From positions 1 through 58,139 of IMG/VR virus record IMGVR_UViG_3300039828_000001: a DNA stretch of 58,139 bases, one strand, 5' to 3'. The translations under genes were made by a program, and so were the position numbers. The first letter of the stretch is position 1. The number at the start of each line of letters is the position of its first letter. Origin of the DNA: a virus. Its lineage: Duplodnaviria; Caudoviricetes. Below are positions 27,223 to 36,683 of the stretch, piece by piece. Below the pieces are notes generated by a model. The model was not told the origin of the DNA and ran no database searches. It saw only the letters and a list, made by a program, of their open reading frames with translations.

Positions 27223-29595
27223 TCAAGAGACGATCACGCCGACATCCTTCAGGCCCCACCGACTGCCAACAGATGCCTCGGCACCCAAAGGCACGTCCAG
27301 GTCGCAGTCGAGCCGACGGAGCAGCGTGTGCGGGTTGATCATCCGGTGCATGACGCGCGCAACCGCGCGCTGCCAGTCGTCGGCCGGGACTTCGACCACG
27401 AGCGAGTCGTGCACGGTGCCGATCATCCGCACGCCCGGCACCGGCTTGCCGTACTGGCCCATCACGTCGGCCGCTGCCATCTGCATCAGGTCGCTCGCGA
27501 ACGACTGCACCGGGCTGTTCACGGCCTGCCGCTCGGCCTCGCCCTGGAGGTGCGGGTTGCCGTCGAGGATGTTCGGCACCCGCCGTACCCGCCCGAGCGG
27601 CGAGACGACCTGGCCGGTGGCGCGAGCGCGCTTGATCGAGGACATCTGCCACTCGTACATGCCCGGCCACTGCTCGAAGAACGCGCTCCAGGTCGCCTGC
27701 GCCTCCTCCGCAGTCAACTCCACGCCGTAGGCCGTCTCGGCGTACGTGCGGAAGCCCGCAGGGCTCTGGCCGTAGATCAATCCGAAGTTGGAAGCCTTTC
27801 CCAACTGCCGCCACTTACTCCAGGGATAGCCGCTTACTTCTTCGAGCGCGGGTGCACCCGCCGATGACACGACCTGCACAGCGTCATAAGGTTCTCCGGC
27901 CGGTTGTCCGAGCGGTCGTGGTTCAGATGATGCACGTCCAGCGTGTTCTGAATCCCCTTCCCAAGGCCAACCCAGCCGCTCGAAGTCTTCCCGCAGCGCT
28001 CGCAGGAGTTCTTCCGGAAGCGCCTGTACTGCTCGGGCGATATCCCGCCCTTCCAAGCGGGATTCTTCTCCCCGAGTTGCGCGCCACCACTCCCGACTCC
28101 TGGCGTCCTGATCCGCCCCGAACGCACTGCTGAGGCGTACGAGCGTTTCCGAGAGGAGGCGAGGCGGCGTGACGCTCCGCACAATTCGCAGAACTTCTGC
28201 GCCGGTCCCGTTGGGAGGTAGTCCGTTCCGCATGAGGTACAGATTCGCGGTGCGAAGCGTTTCTTCGGGGTGGAGGGTTGCGGCGATGGCGAGGTGGAGG
28301 TCACGATTCTCAGTATAAGCGTCAATCATGGGCTGACACCTAGCGATGTACGCCGCCGCGCGCAACTCGATCTGCGAGTAGTCGATCTCCGCGATGAGGT
28401 AGCCCTCGGCGGGGACGAACGCGGGCTTCAGCGCCTTGGTCACCTGCTGCATGTTCGGATCGGCGGACGAGAGCCGCCCGGTGATGACACGGCCGACGTT
28501 GTAGCGTGGATGCAGCCGCCCGTCGTTCGCCTGGAGGTCGAGCCACGCGTTCAGGAACTCCAGCCGCTTCACGGCCTGCCGGTAGATCAGCAACTCCCCC
28601 GGCAGCGGCGAGAGACCCTGGCGAGCCTGGCGCGCGAGGACGTGCCGCGACCACTGGGGCTTGCCGTTCGGGGTGATCGCATCGACGCGCAACTGTCCTC
28701 GCTCGACGGCCTGGTCTGCCCACGCCCGGAACCACAGCGAGGTCGGCGCGAACGAGGGCGTGCCGTCGAGCGGGTTCAGCGCGAGCAGCGCCTCCAGCGT
28801 CTCGTCGCGCGTCTTGCTGTCGAGGGCGATCTGGTCCCGGACCCACCCACCGTCTAGCGCGATGCCGCGCTGCTCGACGGCGGCGAGGTTGCGCACCATC
28901 GGCATGACGCACCACGAGACGAACTTCCCGAGGCGCACGGCCTCTACCTCGTCCGCCGTCTCGGGCTGCTCCTCGGTGTCGAGGTCGAGCCGCTGCGCCT
29001 CGCCCACGCGGTACGTCCAGTACGTGTCCCGGGCCGCGTACTCGCCCAGGTGGAACAGCGGCACGCGCTCGGCGGCGGCTTCCTCGCGGAAGTCGATCCC
29101 GTCGTTCCACGCCTCGATCCCGAACAAGCGCGGGGCGACCTCCTTCAGCCGGGTGCTCTCGTTCTCGTCCAGCAGGTGCGCGACGACCTGCCCGTCCCAC
29201 ACGAGATGGCCGGAGAGGTCGATGCCGGTATGGGCGAACGCCCACCGCAGGTCGAACTTCCCGTTCCACGCCTCCAGATTGCCCGCGTGCGCCATGGCGC
29301 GCACGAGCCGCTTGAACACGACGCGCCATTTCCCGCAGAACGGGCCGTCCGGGTGCGACAGCGGCACGACCCAGTTGGTCACGGTGCCGTCGAGGTCGTA
29401 GCGCAAGGGCACGGTGAACGACGCCATCACGACGCGCGCCCTTGGCGCGTGCTCATCCAGGCCGGTCGTCTCCCAGTCGAAGGTGATGCTCTCGGCCTCG
29501 TTTAGCGCCTCGACGCAGCGCGCCAGGTCGTTGTCCGACAGGACCCACGCGATGTCGCGCGGGTCGAACGTGTCGCCCTGCTGGTAGGGGTTCAC
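27223..29595 (-). CDS. polA: DNA polymerase I (family A) with a 141-codon insert
   Basis: Exo FDWETTGL and YAARD; TGRLSS.DPNMQQ; motif A DYSQIELR; motif B KASNFGLIYG; NSPVQS; motif C VHDS. Confidence 0.95.
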   Translation of the reverse strand: MNPYQQGDTFDPRDIAWVLSDNDLARCVEALNEAESITFDWETTGLDEHAPRARVVMASFTVPLRYDLDGTVTNWVVPLSHPDGPFCGKWRVVFKRLVRAMAHAGNLEAWNGKFDLRWAFAHTGIDLSGHLVWDGQVVAHLLDENESTRLKEVAPRLFGIEAWNDGIDFREEAAAERVPLFHLGEYAARDTYWTYRVGEAQRLDLDTEEQPETADEVEAVRLGKFVSWCVMPMVRNLAAVEQRGIALDGGWVRDQIALDSKTRDETLEALLALNPLDGTPSFAPTSLWFRAWADQAVERGQLRVDAITPNGKPQWSRHVLARQARQGLSPLPGELLIYRQAVKRLEFLNAWLDLQANDGRLHPRYNVGRVITGRLSSADPNMQQVTKALKPAFVPAEGYLIAEIDYSQIELRAAAYIARCQPMIDAYTENRDLHLAIAATLHPEETLRTANLYLMRNGLPPNGTGAEVLRIVRSVTPPRLLSETLVRLSSAFGADQDARSREWWRATRGEESRLEGRDIARAVQALPEELLRALREDFERLGWPWEGDSEHAGRASSEPRPLGQPAGEPYDAVQVVSSAGAPALEEVSGYPWSKWRQLGKASNFGLIYGQSPAGFRTYAETAYGVELTAEEAQATWSAFFEQWPGMYEWQMSSIKRARATGQVVSPLGRVRRVPNILDGNPHLQGEAERQAVNSPVQSFASDLMQMAAADVMGQYGKPVPGVRMIGTVHDSLVVEVPADDWQRAVARVMHRMINPHTLLRRLDCDLDVPLGAEASVGSRWGLKDVGVIVS
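27834..28325 (-). CDS. HNH endonuclease nested in the +1 frame of polA (start uncertain)
   Basis: CxxC pairs, GEKNPAWKGG, CERCG and LDVHHLNHDRSDNRPENLMTLCRSCH. Confidence 0.85.
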   Translation of the reverse strand: MTLILRIVTSTSPSPQPSTPKKRFAPRICTSCGTDYLPTGPAQKFCELCGASRRLASSRKRSYASAVRSGRIRTPGVGSGGAQLGEKNPAWKGGISPEQYRRFRKNSCERCGKTSSGWVGLGKGIQNTLDVHHLNHDRSDNRPENLMTLCRSCHRRVHPRSKK

Positions 29596-29613
29596 GGGGC
29601 TCCTTTCAGGTTG

Positions 29614-29634
29614 TGTGCTTACGTATGTAGCCTA
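29614..29634 (-). promoter_or_regulatory. promoter-operator variant upstream of polA
   Basis: Minus strand TAGGCT-ACATACGTAAGCAC followed by GAAAGGAG RBS. Confidence 0.65.
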
Positions 29635-29642
29635 CCCTACCG

Positions 29643-31190
29643 CTACGGGCGCAGGTGCCTCAGCATGGCCGTCTCCAGGTCGGTCCGGTCGCGGTGCGCT
29701 CCGAGCACCACCTCATCGACCGAGCCGGGGACCACGACGTTCCAGAAGGTGACGTGCGAGCCGGTCTGGCCGATGCGGTTGAGCCGGTCGCGGGCCTGCA
29801 CGAAGTCGTCCCGCCGCTCGCTGAGCGAGGCGAACACGGCATGGCTGCTGGTGACGAGTTCGTTCACGGCAAGCGACAGGGTGCGCATCTGCGCGACCAG
29901 CACGAGCCGCTTCGGCTCGGCGGACCCGAACCGCTTCCGCATCCTCTCGCGCTCGCGCGGGGGAGTGTCGCCCGTGATCACGAGCACGTCCGTGTCGGCA
30001 CGTACGCACGCCGCCGCGATGTCCGCGACCTCGCGCTTGAAGTGGGCGAACACGACCACGCGGCTCTCCCCGTCGAGCGTGTCGTTCACAACCGAGGCCA
30101 CGGCATCTGTCTTCGAGGTGCCGACCCGCTCCGTGATGCCCGTGTCGGTCACGACGTAACCACTCGTGATCTGGCGCAGCCGCATCATCTGCGTGAGCCG
30201 GTTCGGCACAGTCGCCAGCGCGCCGGAGTCGAGCAGCGTCGCGAGCGAGTCCTTCATGTCGTCGTAGGCGCGACGCTCCTTCGGGGACAGCGTGACGGGC
30301 ACGGGAACGTCCATGACGGGTGGCAAATCGAGGGCGTCCTCCTTACGGACGACGATCGCGTTCCGGGCCATGATGTCTTGCATCTCCGCCAGGTTCTGGA
30401 AACCCACGACCTGCTTCCCCTGCCACCCGCCGAGCACCGCGTACCGCTCCTGGAAGCGCCCGTAAGGCATCGGGTGCTTGGTCTTGCCGTCCCGGTTGTC
30501 GATCGTGTGGAACGCCTCCGGCTGGAGGAACTGCCACTGCCCCCACACGTCCATGGGCGAGTGCGGCATGACGGTGCCCGACAGGATCAGTCGCCGGGGA
30601 GCGATGAGGCGCAGCCGCCGCACGGCGCGCGAGACGTTCGAGAACGCGCCCTTCAGCCGGTGGCTCTCGTCCACGATGAGCAGGTCCGGACGGTACTTCG
30701 CCACGGCCTCGATGAGCAGGTCGGTCGTGGTCTTCGAGCGCGTGACGCGCCGCTTCTGGCTGAACGAGTCGAGGCTCATCGAGATGACCCGGATCCCGGT
30801 CAGCCCGCCTTCGCGGCGAGCGCTGGCTAGCAGCCACTTCGGCGGCACGCCGACGCCGCCGACGGACAGCGCCGTCGCGCGCTGGTCGACGCGCCCACCG
30901 AGCGCCATCGCGGTGACCTGCTGGCCGACGGCGGCGTACTGCACGGCCTGGTCGACCCAGGTGTCGAGCGCGGCGACGGGTGAGAGCACGAGCACCCGCA
31001 CCTCGCGCTGCGCCTTCGCGGCGAGCATCGAGGCGTACGTGATCGCGCACCGGGTCTTCCCCGTCCCGGGATCGAGGAGCAGCGCGCAGACACCGTTGGT
31101 CTCGATGATCCGACGCACGGTCTTCACCTGGTGTTCGAACAGCGGAGGCCCCGGGAGGGTGAACCCGGAGGTCTGAGGGGAAGTCTGCAT
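29643..31190 (-). CDS. SNF2-family DNA helicase
   Basis: PGTGKT, DESH, LSGT, VVFAHF, QARDRLNRIGQ. Confidence 0.9.
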   Translation of the reverse strand: MQTSPQTSGFTLPGPPLFEHQVKTVRRIIETNGVCALLLDPGTGKTRCAITYASMLAAKAQREVRVLVLSPVAALDTWVDQAVQYAAVGQQVTAMALGGRVDQRATALSVGGVGVPPKWLLASARREGGLTGIRVISMSLDSFSQKRRVTRSKTTTDLLIEAVAKYRPDLLIVDESHRLKGAFSNVSRAVRRLRLIAPRRLILSGTVMPHSPMDVWGQWQFLQPEAFHTIDNRDGKTKHPMPYGRFQERYAVLGGWQGKQVVGFQNLAEMQDIMARNAIVVRKEDALDLPPVMDVPVPVTLSPKERRAYDDMKDSLATLLDSGALATVPNRLTQMMRLRQITSGYVVTDTGITERVGTSKTDAVASVVNDTLDGESRVVVFAHFKREVADIAAACVRADTDVLVITGDTPPRERERMRKRFGSAEPKRLVLVAQMRTLSLAVNELVTSSHAVFASLSERRDDFVQARDRLNRIGQTGSHVTFWNVVVPGSVDEVVLGAHRDRTDLETAMLRHLRP

Positions 31191-31299
31191 GGGCTAACCC
31201 TATCACCTATGTAACATGCCAAAACTGGGGCATACGTAACTTTTCGAGTTTTTTGACAGGCCCTCCGGGGGTCCCGCGTTTTCGCAGGTCAGACCCTAC

Positions 31300-31374
31300 T
31301 TTCTAACTTTGAGGTTTGAGGTCGCCCTATAGATAAAACCTCAAACCTCAAAGTTAGAAACTTATAGAGGAGTC
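31300..31374. repeat. AT-rich hairpin element A (23-bp arms, 15-bp asymmetric core); inverted copy of element B
   Basis: TTTCTAACTTTGAGGTTTGAGGT-CGCCCTATAGATAAA-ACCTCAAACCTCAAAGTTAGAAA; the whole 75 bp is the reverse complement of 34913-34987. Confidence 0.95.
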
Positions 31375-31376
31375 AG

Positions 31377-33536
31377 TCACCCAGAAGCGGGCTGGTCGTC
31401 GGCCAGGAGATACCCCACGCCGCCGCCCTTGCCGTTCCGCTGTTCGAACAAGATGCCCTCGTCCACGAGGGCGAGCACGGCAGCCTTGACCCTCGGGTGG
31501 GTAGCCCGCCCGCCCCCGGCCGAGAGCCGGTCGTACGTTTCGGAACGCAGAGCCGTCGAGGTCATCGCCGCGCCGCCCTGGTCCTGCATCACTGCGATCG
31601 TCGCGTCACGGATGTCCTGATCGGTGACGATCGACTGCGACGCGACGGTGAGCGTGCCGCCGCTCGTGAGCGCCGGGCCGGACGCCGGGTCACCGAGCGT
31701 CATCTCCAGCGTCTCGTCGTCCCAAGACACGTCGTGCTCCTCGAAGGACACGTCACGGCCCTGGGCCGAGAGCGTGCGCAGCCCGGAGCCGTCGGCCTTC
31801 TTCGCGAACACCCAGAAGGCGTCCGGGTCGTCGTGCAGCGCGGACGAGCCGCGAGCGCGCTTGCCCTCGCCATGGCCCGCGTGGGCCGTGAGGATCAGGT
31901 CCCGCACGCCCGCGTCCTGCCGAGCCCAGCGCCCGGCCTCCGAGAGCCACGTCTGCACCTCGCCCGCGTCGTTCTGGGACTCGCCCGTGAACGCCTTCGT
32001 GAAGGTGTCGATGAGCAGCGTCTCCACGTCGCGGTCGCGGAGCATCTTCGCCAGCGCCTTCTTGTGCTTCTCAGAGCGGAACGGGTTGCCCATCGCGCGC
32101 AAGTTCACGAGGACGAGCCGGTCGGCCGGGATGCCCAACTTCCGACACCAGCCGCCGACCTGGGCCGGGGTCATCTCGAAGGACAGCATCGCGACGCGGC
32201 GGTGCGCCTCGACCGGCCGCACGGCGAACTCCCCGAGGAACTTCTCTCCGGTGAGCAGCGAGTGGAACAGGTTCAGCGCCAGGGTCGTCTTGCCCGCCTT
32301 CGCCTGGCCGATGATCGTGAGGGTTCCCTCCCACGGCATGAGCCGGTCGATGCGGCCCGGCTCCTCGGGCTCGCGCTCCCACACCTCATCGATCGTCGCC
32401 ACGTCCCACTCGACCTCGGGCTCGGTCTCTTCGAGGTACGCCTGGCGGGCAATCTCCCGGACGTGCATCCGGACGACCTCCTGCTGGACCATCCGCGCCA
32501 CGGTCTCCGGGTCCATCGACGCGAGGCTCCCCGTCAGGCTGACGGAATGGGCGCTCTCGCCGTCCGGGAGGTCGTCCGGGGACGTGGGCGCGGGGGACGT
32601 GCTCAGAGGCTCTTCAAGGGCCGTGTACGTGCTCCGCTCGTGCCCGTACCAGCGCTCGGCCTTGTAGACGAACTCGCGCACCCGGCGCGCGGGCTCCTCG
32701 CCGATGTGCTGAGCAAGGGTCGGGAAGCCCTGGACCGGACGGCCCTCGCGGATCTTGCGGATGGTCGAGGGGATCGTCTCCGAGACGCGAGCCTCCGGCC
32801 CGTCATCGTCGTGCGTCAGGTCAGCGAGGACACGGAGGATGCCCTCGGCGTTGCCCTGCTGGCCCCAGACGGGCGAGACGACCGGCGCGTCGGGCGGACC
32901 CTCGCGGAGCAGCGATCCGGCGAGGGCGAGGTAGGCGTCATGCCGACCGCCGCGCTCCGGCCACACCTCCGCGAGATAGGTCACGAGGGCGATGCACGAG
33001 ACGCGCGCCATCAACTCCTGCTGGCTCATCACCAGCGGCTCGAACCACGGGTCCGACTCCCACCTGTACGACTCGCCCTCGGGGTGCACCGACGGCGGAA
33101 GCGCGGTCTGGTGGCCGGAGCCGCGCGCCTCCACGATCATGCGGCGGTCGGGCGTCTGCCACGCCTCGCGGGTGACCGTGAGGTCGGGCACGCGGTACCA
33201 GTAGTGCGAGCCAGGCGAGCCGACGCGGCCGGTGCGCATCGTGTCGGCGGGGAGGAAGAACCGAGCGGCGTACGGGGCCTTCGGGTGGTCGAGGTCTATG
33301 TCTACGAGGCCGCCGCTCGCGACCCCGAGCGCGACGCCCAGGTTGTACTGCTCTGCGGCAAACGCCGCCTTGACGGCCTCGGCGTCCGCGTAGCGGACCT
33401 CCGGCCAGTTGCCGAGCGCCGGGCGCTTCGTTCCGGGGCGGAGCGGGACGGGCGTCCAGCCCCTCGCGTGAGCGCCCAGAGCGGCGTCGAGGATGGTACT
33501 CTGGGCGGGCATCTGGATGTTGTTGCGCAACTCCAC
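31377..33536 (-). CDS. bifunctional primase/polymerase fused to RepA-type AAA helicase
   Basis: Prim-Pol motifs NLGVALG, LVDIDLD, HYWY and PPSVH; Walker A GQAKAGKT; LLIDT; ARGSSAL. Confidence 0.85.
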   Translation of the reverse strand: MELRNNIQMPAQSTILDAALGAHARGWTPVPLRPGTKRPALGNWPEVRYADAEAVKAAFAAEQYNLGVALGVASGGLVDIDLDHPKAPYAARFFLPADTMRTGRVGSPGSHYWYRVPDLTVTREAWQTPDRRMIVEARGSGHQTALPPSVHPEGESYRWESDPWFEPLVMSQQELMARVSCIALVTYLAEVWPERGGRHDAYLALAGSLLREGPPDAPVVSPVWGQQGNAEGILRVLADLTHDDDGPEARVSETIPSTIRKIREGRPVQGFPTLAQHIGEEPARRVREFVYKAERWYGHERSTYTALEEPLSTSPAPTSPDDLPDGESAHSVSLTGSLASMDPETVARMVQQEVVRMHVREIARQAYLEETEPEVEWDVATIDEVWEREPEEPGRIDRLMPWEGTLTIIGQAKAGKTTLALNLFHSLLTGEKFLGEFAVRPVEAHRRVAMLSFEMTPAQVGGWCRKLGIPADRLVLVNLRAMGNPFRSEKHKKALAKMLRDRDVETLLIDTFTKAFTGESQNDAGEVQTWLSEAGRWARQDAGVRDLILTAHAGHGEGKRARGSSALHDDPDAFWVFAKKADGSGLRTLSAQGRDVSFEEHDVSWDDETLEMTLGDPASGPALTSGGTLTVASQSIVTDQDIRDATIAVMQDQGGAAMTSTALRSETYDRLSAGGGRATHPRVKAAVLALVDEGILFEQRNGKGGGVGYLLADDQPASG

Positions 33537-33639
33537 TCCTTCGGGTTAGACAGCAGCAAGTCACCCGCGCAGGGCCGTCCCAAACTGAGGAAGCCGCCTA
33601 CCACGGCGGCTGGGACGGCCTTTTTGCGTGCTGTCGATA

Positions 33640-33660
33640 GTGTTACATTGGTAAGCATAC
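33640..33660 (-). promoter_or_regulatory. promoter-operator variant upstream of the primase
   Basis: Minus strand TATGCTTAC-CAAT-GTAACAC. Confidence 0.6.
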
Positions 33661-33708
33661 CGCGCCGTGGGACCGTCCCCGGCCAACTGCGAGATTGCTG
33701 AGGTGGAC

Positions 33709-34905
33709 ATGACTGTACCCGCACCCGAGGGCCGTCGGATGCTCTCGTTCAGCGCGCTGAGCGCGCACCGCAAGTGTCCGCAGGCATGGGCTTACAGGTA
33801 CTTGGATCGGCTCGAACCGGCCGACAACTCGCGCTCGCTCGCGAGGGAGTTCGGCTCGATGTGGCATGCGCTCCGGGCCATCGACGCGATCTACCGGGGC
33901 GCGGTCCCGGACGGCACCCTGAAGCACGCGCCGAGCGTCATCACGACCGGCGACTTCGGCCCCAAGTTCCATTCGGGCAGCGTTGGGCTGTACGCCCACC
34001 CGACCCTCGGCCCGATCACGACCGAGGCGGACCTGCTCGACGCTCTGGAGAAGTGGCTGAGCGGCCTCCAGGACGACGACAGGGCCGCCTGGTACGCCGA
34101 CTACCCGGAGGGTCCGATCGTCCGTCTGCGGGCCATGAGCAAGCGCTGGCACGCCCGCTGGGATGCGGACACGCAGCACGAGCGCGTGTTGGGCGTTGAG
34201 GTCAAGGCGAGCCGGAACCTGGGCGGGTCCTTCGACATCGGCGGCAAGGTGGATGAGGTCTACCTGGACACGCGCCGCAACCTGGTCGTCGTCCGTGACC
34301 ACAAGTCGTCCGCGAACATGCCCGCGATGGAGGCTGCCGACGACCTGATGGACTCGCAGTTGCACCTGTACGTCTGGATCATCACGCCCCTCGTGATGAC
34401 GTGGGGCCACGGCGAGCCGCGCGCGCTCGCCTACGACCGGGCGCGCACTGCCCAGGCGAAGGAACCCCAGATCACGAAGAGCGGCACGTTGTCGAAGTCG
34501 GTGACCGACTACGACCTGGAGGCGTACCTCGCCTTCACGGCCGAGCCGGTGCCGTACCCCGGGCTGAAGAAGGACGGCTCGGGCGCGGGCGAGTACGTGC
34601 GCGACGAGACCGTGGTAGCGCGGCTGTCGACCCCCTCGGCGCAGGACGGGTGGAACCGGCGCACGCTGACCCCGGTCAACGTGAACGTCGTGCTCGCGCA
34701 CCTCCGCGCGGCCCGCGACACGGGCGAGGACCAGGGCCGCACGCGCAACCGGTACGACACGAGCGGCACCGCCCCTCGCAACATCGACCGGCGCGGGTGC
34801 TCATGGTGCGACTTCAACGGGCTCTGCCGGGCGCAGATGCTCGGCGGCGTCGGGGCCGAGACCGAGTACGACCTGAGCGAGTTCGGTCTTCGCCAGCGTC
34901 AGTAG
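33709..34905 (+). CDS. RecB/Cas4-like PD-(D/E)XK exonuclease
   Basis: SFS...KCP, GSMWH, GKVD...DHKS, QLHLY and C-terminal CSWCDFNGLC (Fe-S-type cysteines). Confidence 0.85.
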   Translation: MTVPAPEGRRMLSFSALSAHRKCPQAWAYRYLDRLEPADNSRSLAREFGSMWHALRAIDAIYRGAVPDGTLKHAPSVITTGDFGPKFHSGSVGLYAHPTLGPITTEADLLDALEKWLSGLQDDDRAAWYADYPEGPIVRLRAMSKRWHARWDADTQHERVLGVEVKASRNLGGSFDIGGKVDEVYLDTRRNLVVVRDHKSSANMPAMEAADDLMDSQLHLYVWIITPLVMTWGHGEPRALAYDRARTAQAKEPQITKSGTLSKSVTDYDLEAYLAFTAEPVPYPGLKKDGSGAGEYVRDETVVARLSTPSAQDGWNRRTLTPVNVNVVLAHLRAARDTGEDQGRTRNRYDTSGTAPRNIDRRGCSWCDFNGLCRAQMLGGVGAETEYDLSEFGLRQRQ

Positions 34906-34912
34906 GCTGCTC

Positions 34913-34998
34913 GACTCCTCTATAAGTTTCTAACTTTGAGGTTTGAGGTTTTATCTATAGGGCGACCTCAAACCTCAAAGTTAGAAACTTATAGAGGA
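34913..34998. repeat. AT-rich hairpin element B (34-bp arms, 15-bp asymmetric core)
   Basis: Arms 34916-34949 and 34965-34998 are perfect inverted repeats around TTTATCTATAGGGCG. Confidence 0.95.
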
Positions 34999-35042
34999 CT
35001 AGGCCCGAAACCGGGGCAAAGCGACCCTCCTCCGAGAGGGTG

Positions 35043-35061
35043 TATGATTACGTATGTCAGC
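35043..35061 (+). promoter_or_regulatory. promoter-operator variant
   Basis: TATGATTACGTATGTCAGC. Confidence 0.7.
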
Positions 35062-35169
35062 CGCCCCTCACGGCGGCTGGCCCCTCGGGGGAGGGCTGCC
35101 GGTCGGCGTCTCGCGACGCCGACCGCGCTCCCCCGGATCACACTCCCCCGGATGAAGGACGTGATGCAC

Positions 35170-36006
35170 ATGGCGCAGACCCTCGCAGGGCTGTCGCTCA
35201 CGAATGGCGAGACCGCTGGTGCCGACTACGGCAAGTGGCTGCTCCATGGTCCGCAAGGCGCGGGCAAGACCACGCTCGCATCAACCGTCGCGGAGATGGG
35301 CAAGACCCTCTTCCTCGACATGGCGGGCGAACGCGGCACGCGGTCGTTCGCGAACGCGCCGTACTCGAAGAACATCGACGTGGCCCGACCGACCTCGGTG
35401 ACCGACCTCGATGACGTGTACTGGGCGCTCGCCGCAGGCGGGCACGGGTACAGCGCCGTCATCATCGACTCGCTCACGTCCGTGCAGAAGCAGGCCACCC
35501 GGTTCCTCACCGGGGCGAGCGAGACCGCCGTGAAGGAGATTCGCATGGGCACCGCCCCGGCGACGATCCAGACCTGGGGGCAGTCGCTCGACATCATGAC
35601 CGACATCGCGACGTTCTGGTTCGGGCTGGCCGACGCGACGCGGGCCGAGCCGATGCACGTCGTGATGACGGCGCAGACCAAGATCACTCCGCGTGACGAG
35701 AACAACCCGGTCGCGACGCGCATCCCCGACGTGCAGAAGGGCGCGCTCTCAATCGTGCTCGCCTCGCCGGACTACATCCTCTACTGCGACACCGAGGACA
35801 CGGACACGTACGACGACGACGGCAACCCCGAGCGACGGCACATCGTGCGCTTCGGCAACTCGCTCGACTACCGTACGAAGGCTCGGCTCCCGTACGACCT
35901 TCGTGGCAAGATTCCTCCCATCCTGGGCAGGAAGTCATCCCCGTCTCTGGCGGCTCTGAGCCGCGTGCTGCGCGTGGGTGGCGCGACCGGACCGGCCGCG
36001 AAGTAG
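35170..36006 (+). CDS. AAA ATPase (Sak4-like recombinase)
   Basis: HGPQGAGKTT and VIIDSLT; lies between the exonuclease and the SSB. Confidence 0.75.
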   Translation: MAQTLAGLSLTNGETAGADYGKWLLHGPQGAGKTTLASTVAEMGKTLFLDMAGERGTRSFANAPYSKNIDVARPTSVTDLDDVYWALAAGGHGYSAVIIDSLTSVQKQATRFLTGASETAVKEIRMGTAPATIQTWGQSLDIMTDIATFWFGLADATRAEPMHVVMTAQTKITPRDENNPVATRIPDVQKGALSIVLASPDYILYCDTEDTDTYDDDGNPERRHIVRFGNSLDYRTKARLPYDLRGKIPPILGRKSSPSLAALSRVLRVGGATGPAAK

Positions 36007-36053
36007 TGGTCTCCCGGAACAACGAGCAGAACCACAGAAAAGAGACACACCGC

Positions 36054-36683
36054 ATGAACATGCTCAACGTCAACCTCTCGCAGTACAAGGACCGCTTCGG
36101 GCAGACCGTGCCGCCCGGCCGGTACACGGTCGTCGTAGACGACCTGGAGCAGACCAACTCGAAGGCCGGGAACCCGATGGTGAACCTCTGGTTCCGGATC
36201 ATCGAGGGCCCGAGCGAGGGCGCAACCGTCGTAGACCGCGTGACCGTCACCGAGAAGGCGCTGTTCCGCGTCGTCGCGTTCATGCAGGCCATCGGCCAGC
36301 CGACGCCGCGCCGCAACCTCCAGGTCAACCTCAACACCTGGATGGGCAAGCGGCTCCAGATCGATGTCGAGGACGGCGAGCCGTACAACGGCCGCGTCCG
36401 TTCCGAGGTGCGCGGCTATATGCGCGTCGAGGGTAGCGGCGTCGAGACGGCGGTGAGCGACCTGTCGGACGACCTGCCCGCTGAGGCCGAGACCCAGGCC
36501 GCGAGCGCCGAGACGGCGGACCCGTGGGAGAACGCCTCCACGGGCTCGTGGGACGAGTCCACGGGACCGATCGAGACGGCCCTCATGGAGTCGGCCCCTA
36601 TCGAGGACGCTCCGGTAGCTGACCGCGTGATGGCGGCGGCGGGCAAGCCGCAGACGCTGTCTCTCGATGACATCGACCTTTAG
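36054..36683 (+). CDS. DUF669-like single-stranded DNA-binding protein
   Basis: PPGRY...SKAGNPM...YNGR; long acidic C-terminal tail. Confidence 0.7.
   Translation: MNMLNVNLSQYKDRFGQTVPPGRYTVVVDDLEQTNSKAGNPMVNLWFRIIEGPSEGATVVDRVTVTEKALFRVVAFMQAIGQPTPRRNLQVNLNTWMGKRLQIDVEDGEPYNGRVRSEVRGYMRVEGSGVETAVSDLSDDLPAEAETQAASAETADPWENASTGSWDESTGPIETALMESAPIEDAPVADRVMAAAGKPQTLSLDDIDL

Noticed and set aside
27838-28267. Intein or group I intron in polA
   Set aside because: There is no Cys/Ser start or His-Asn-Cys/Ser/Thr end in the pol frame, and the HNH ORF fills the whole insert, leaving no space for a ribozyme core.
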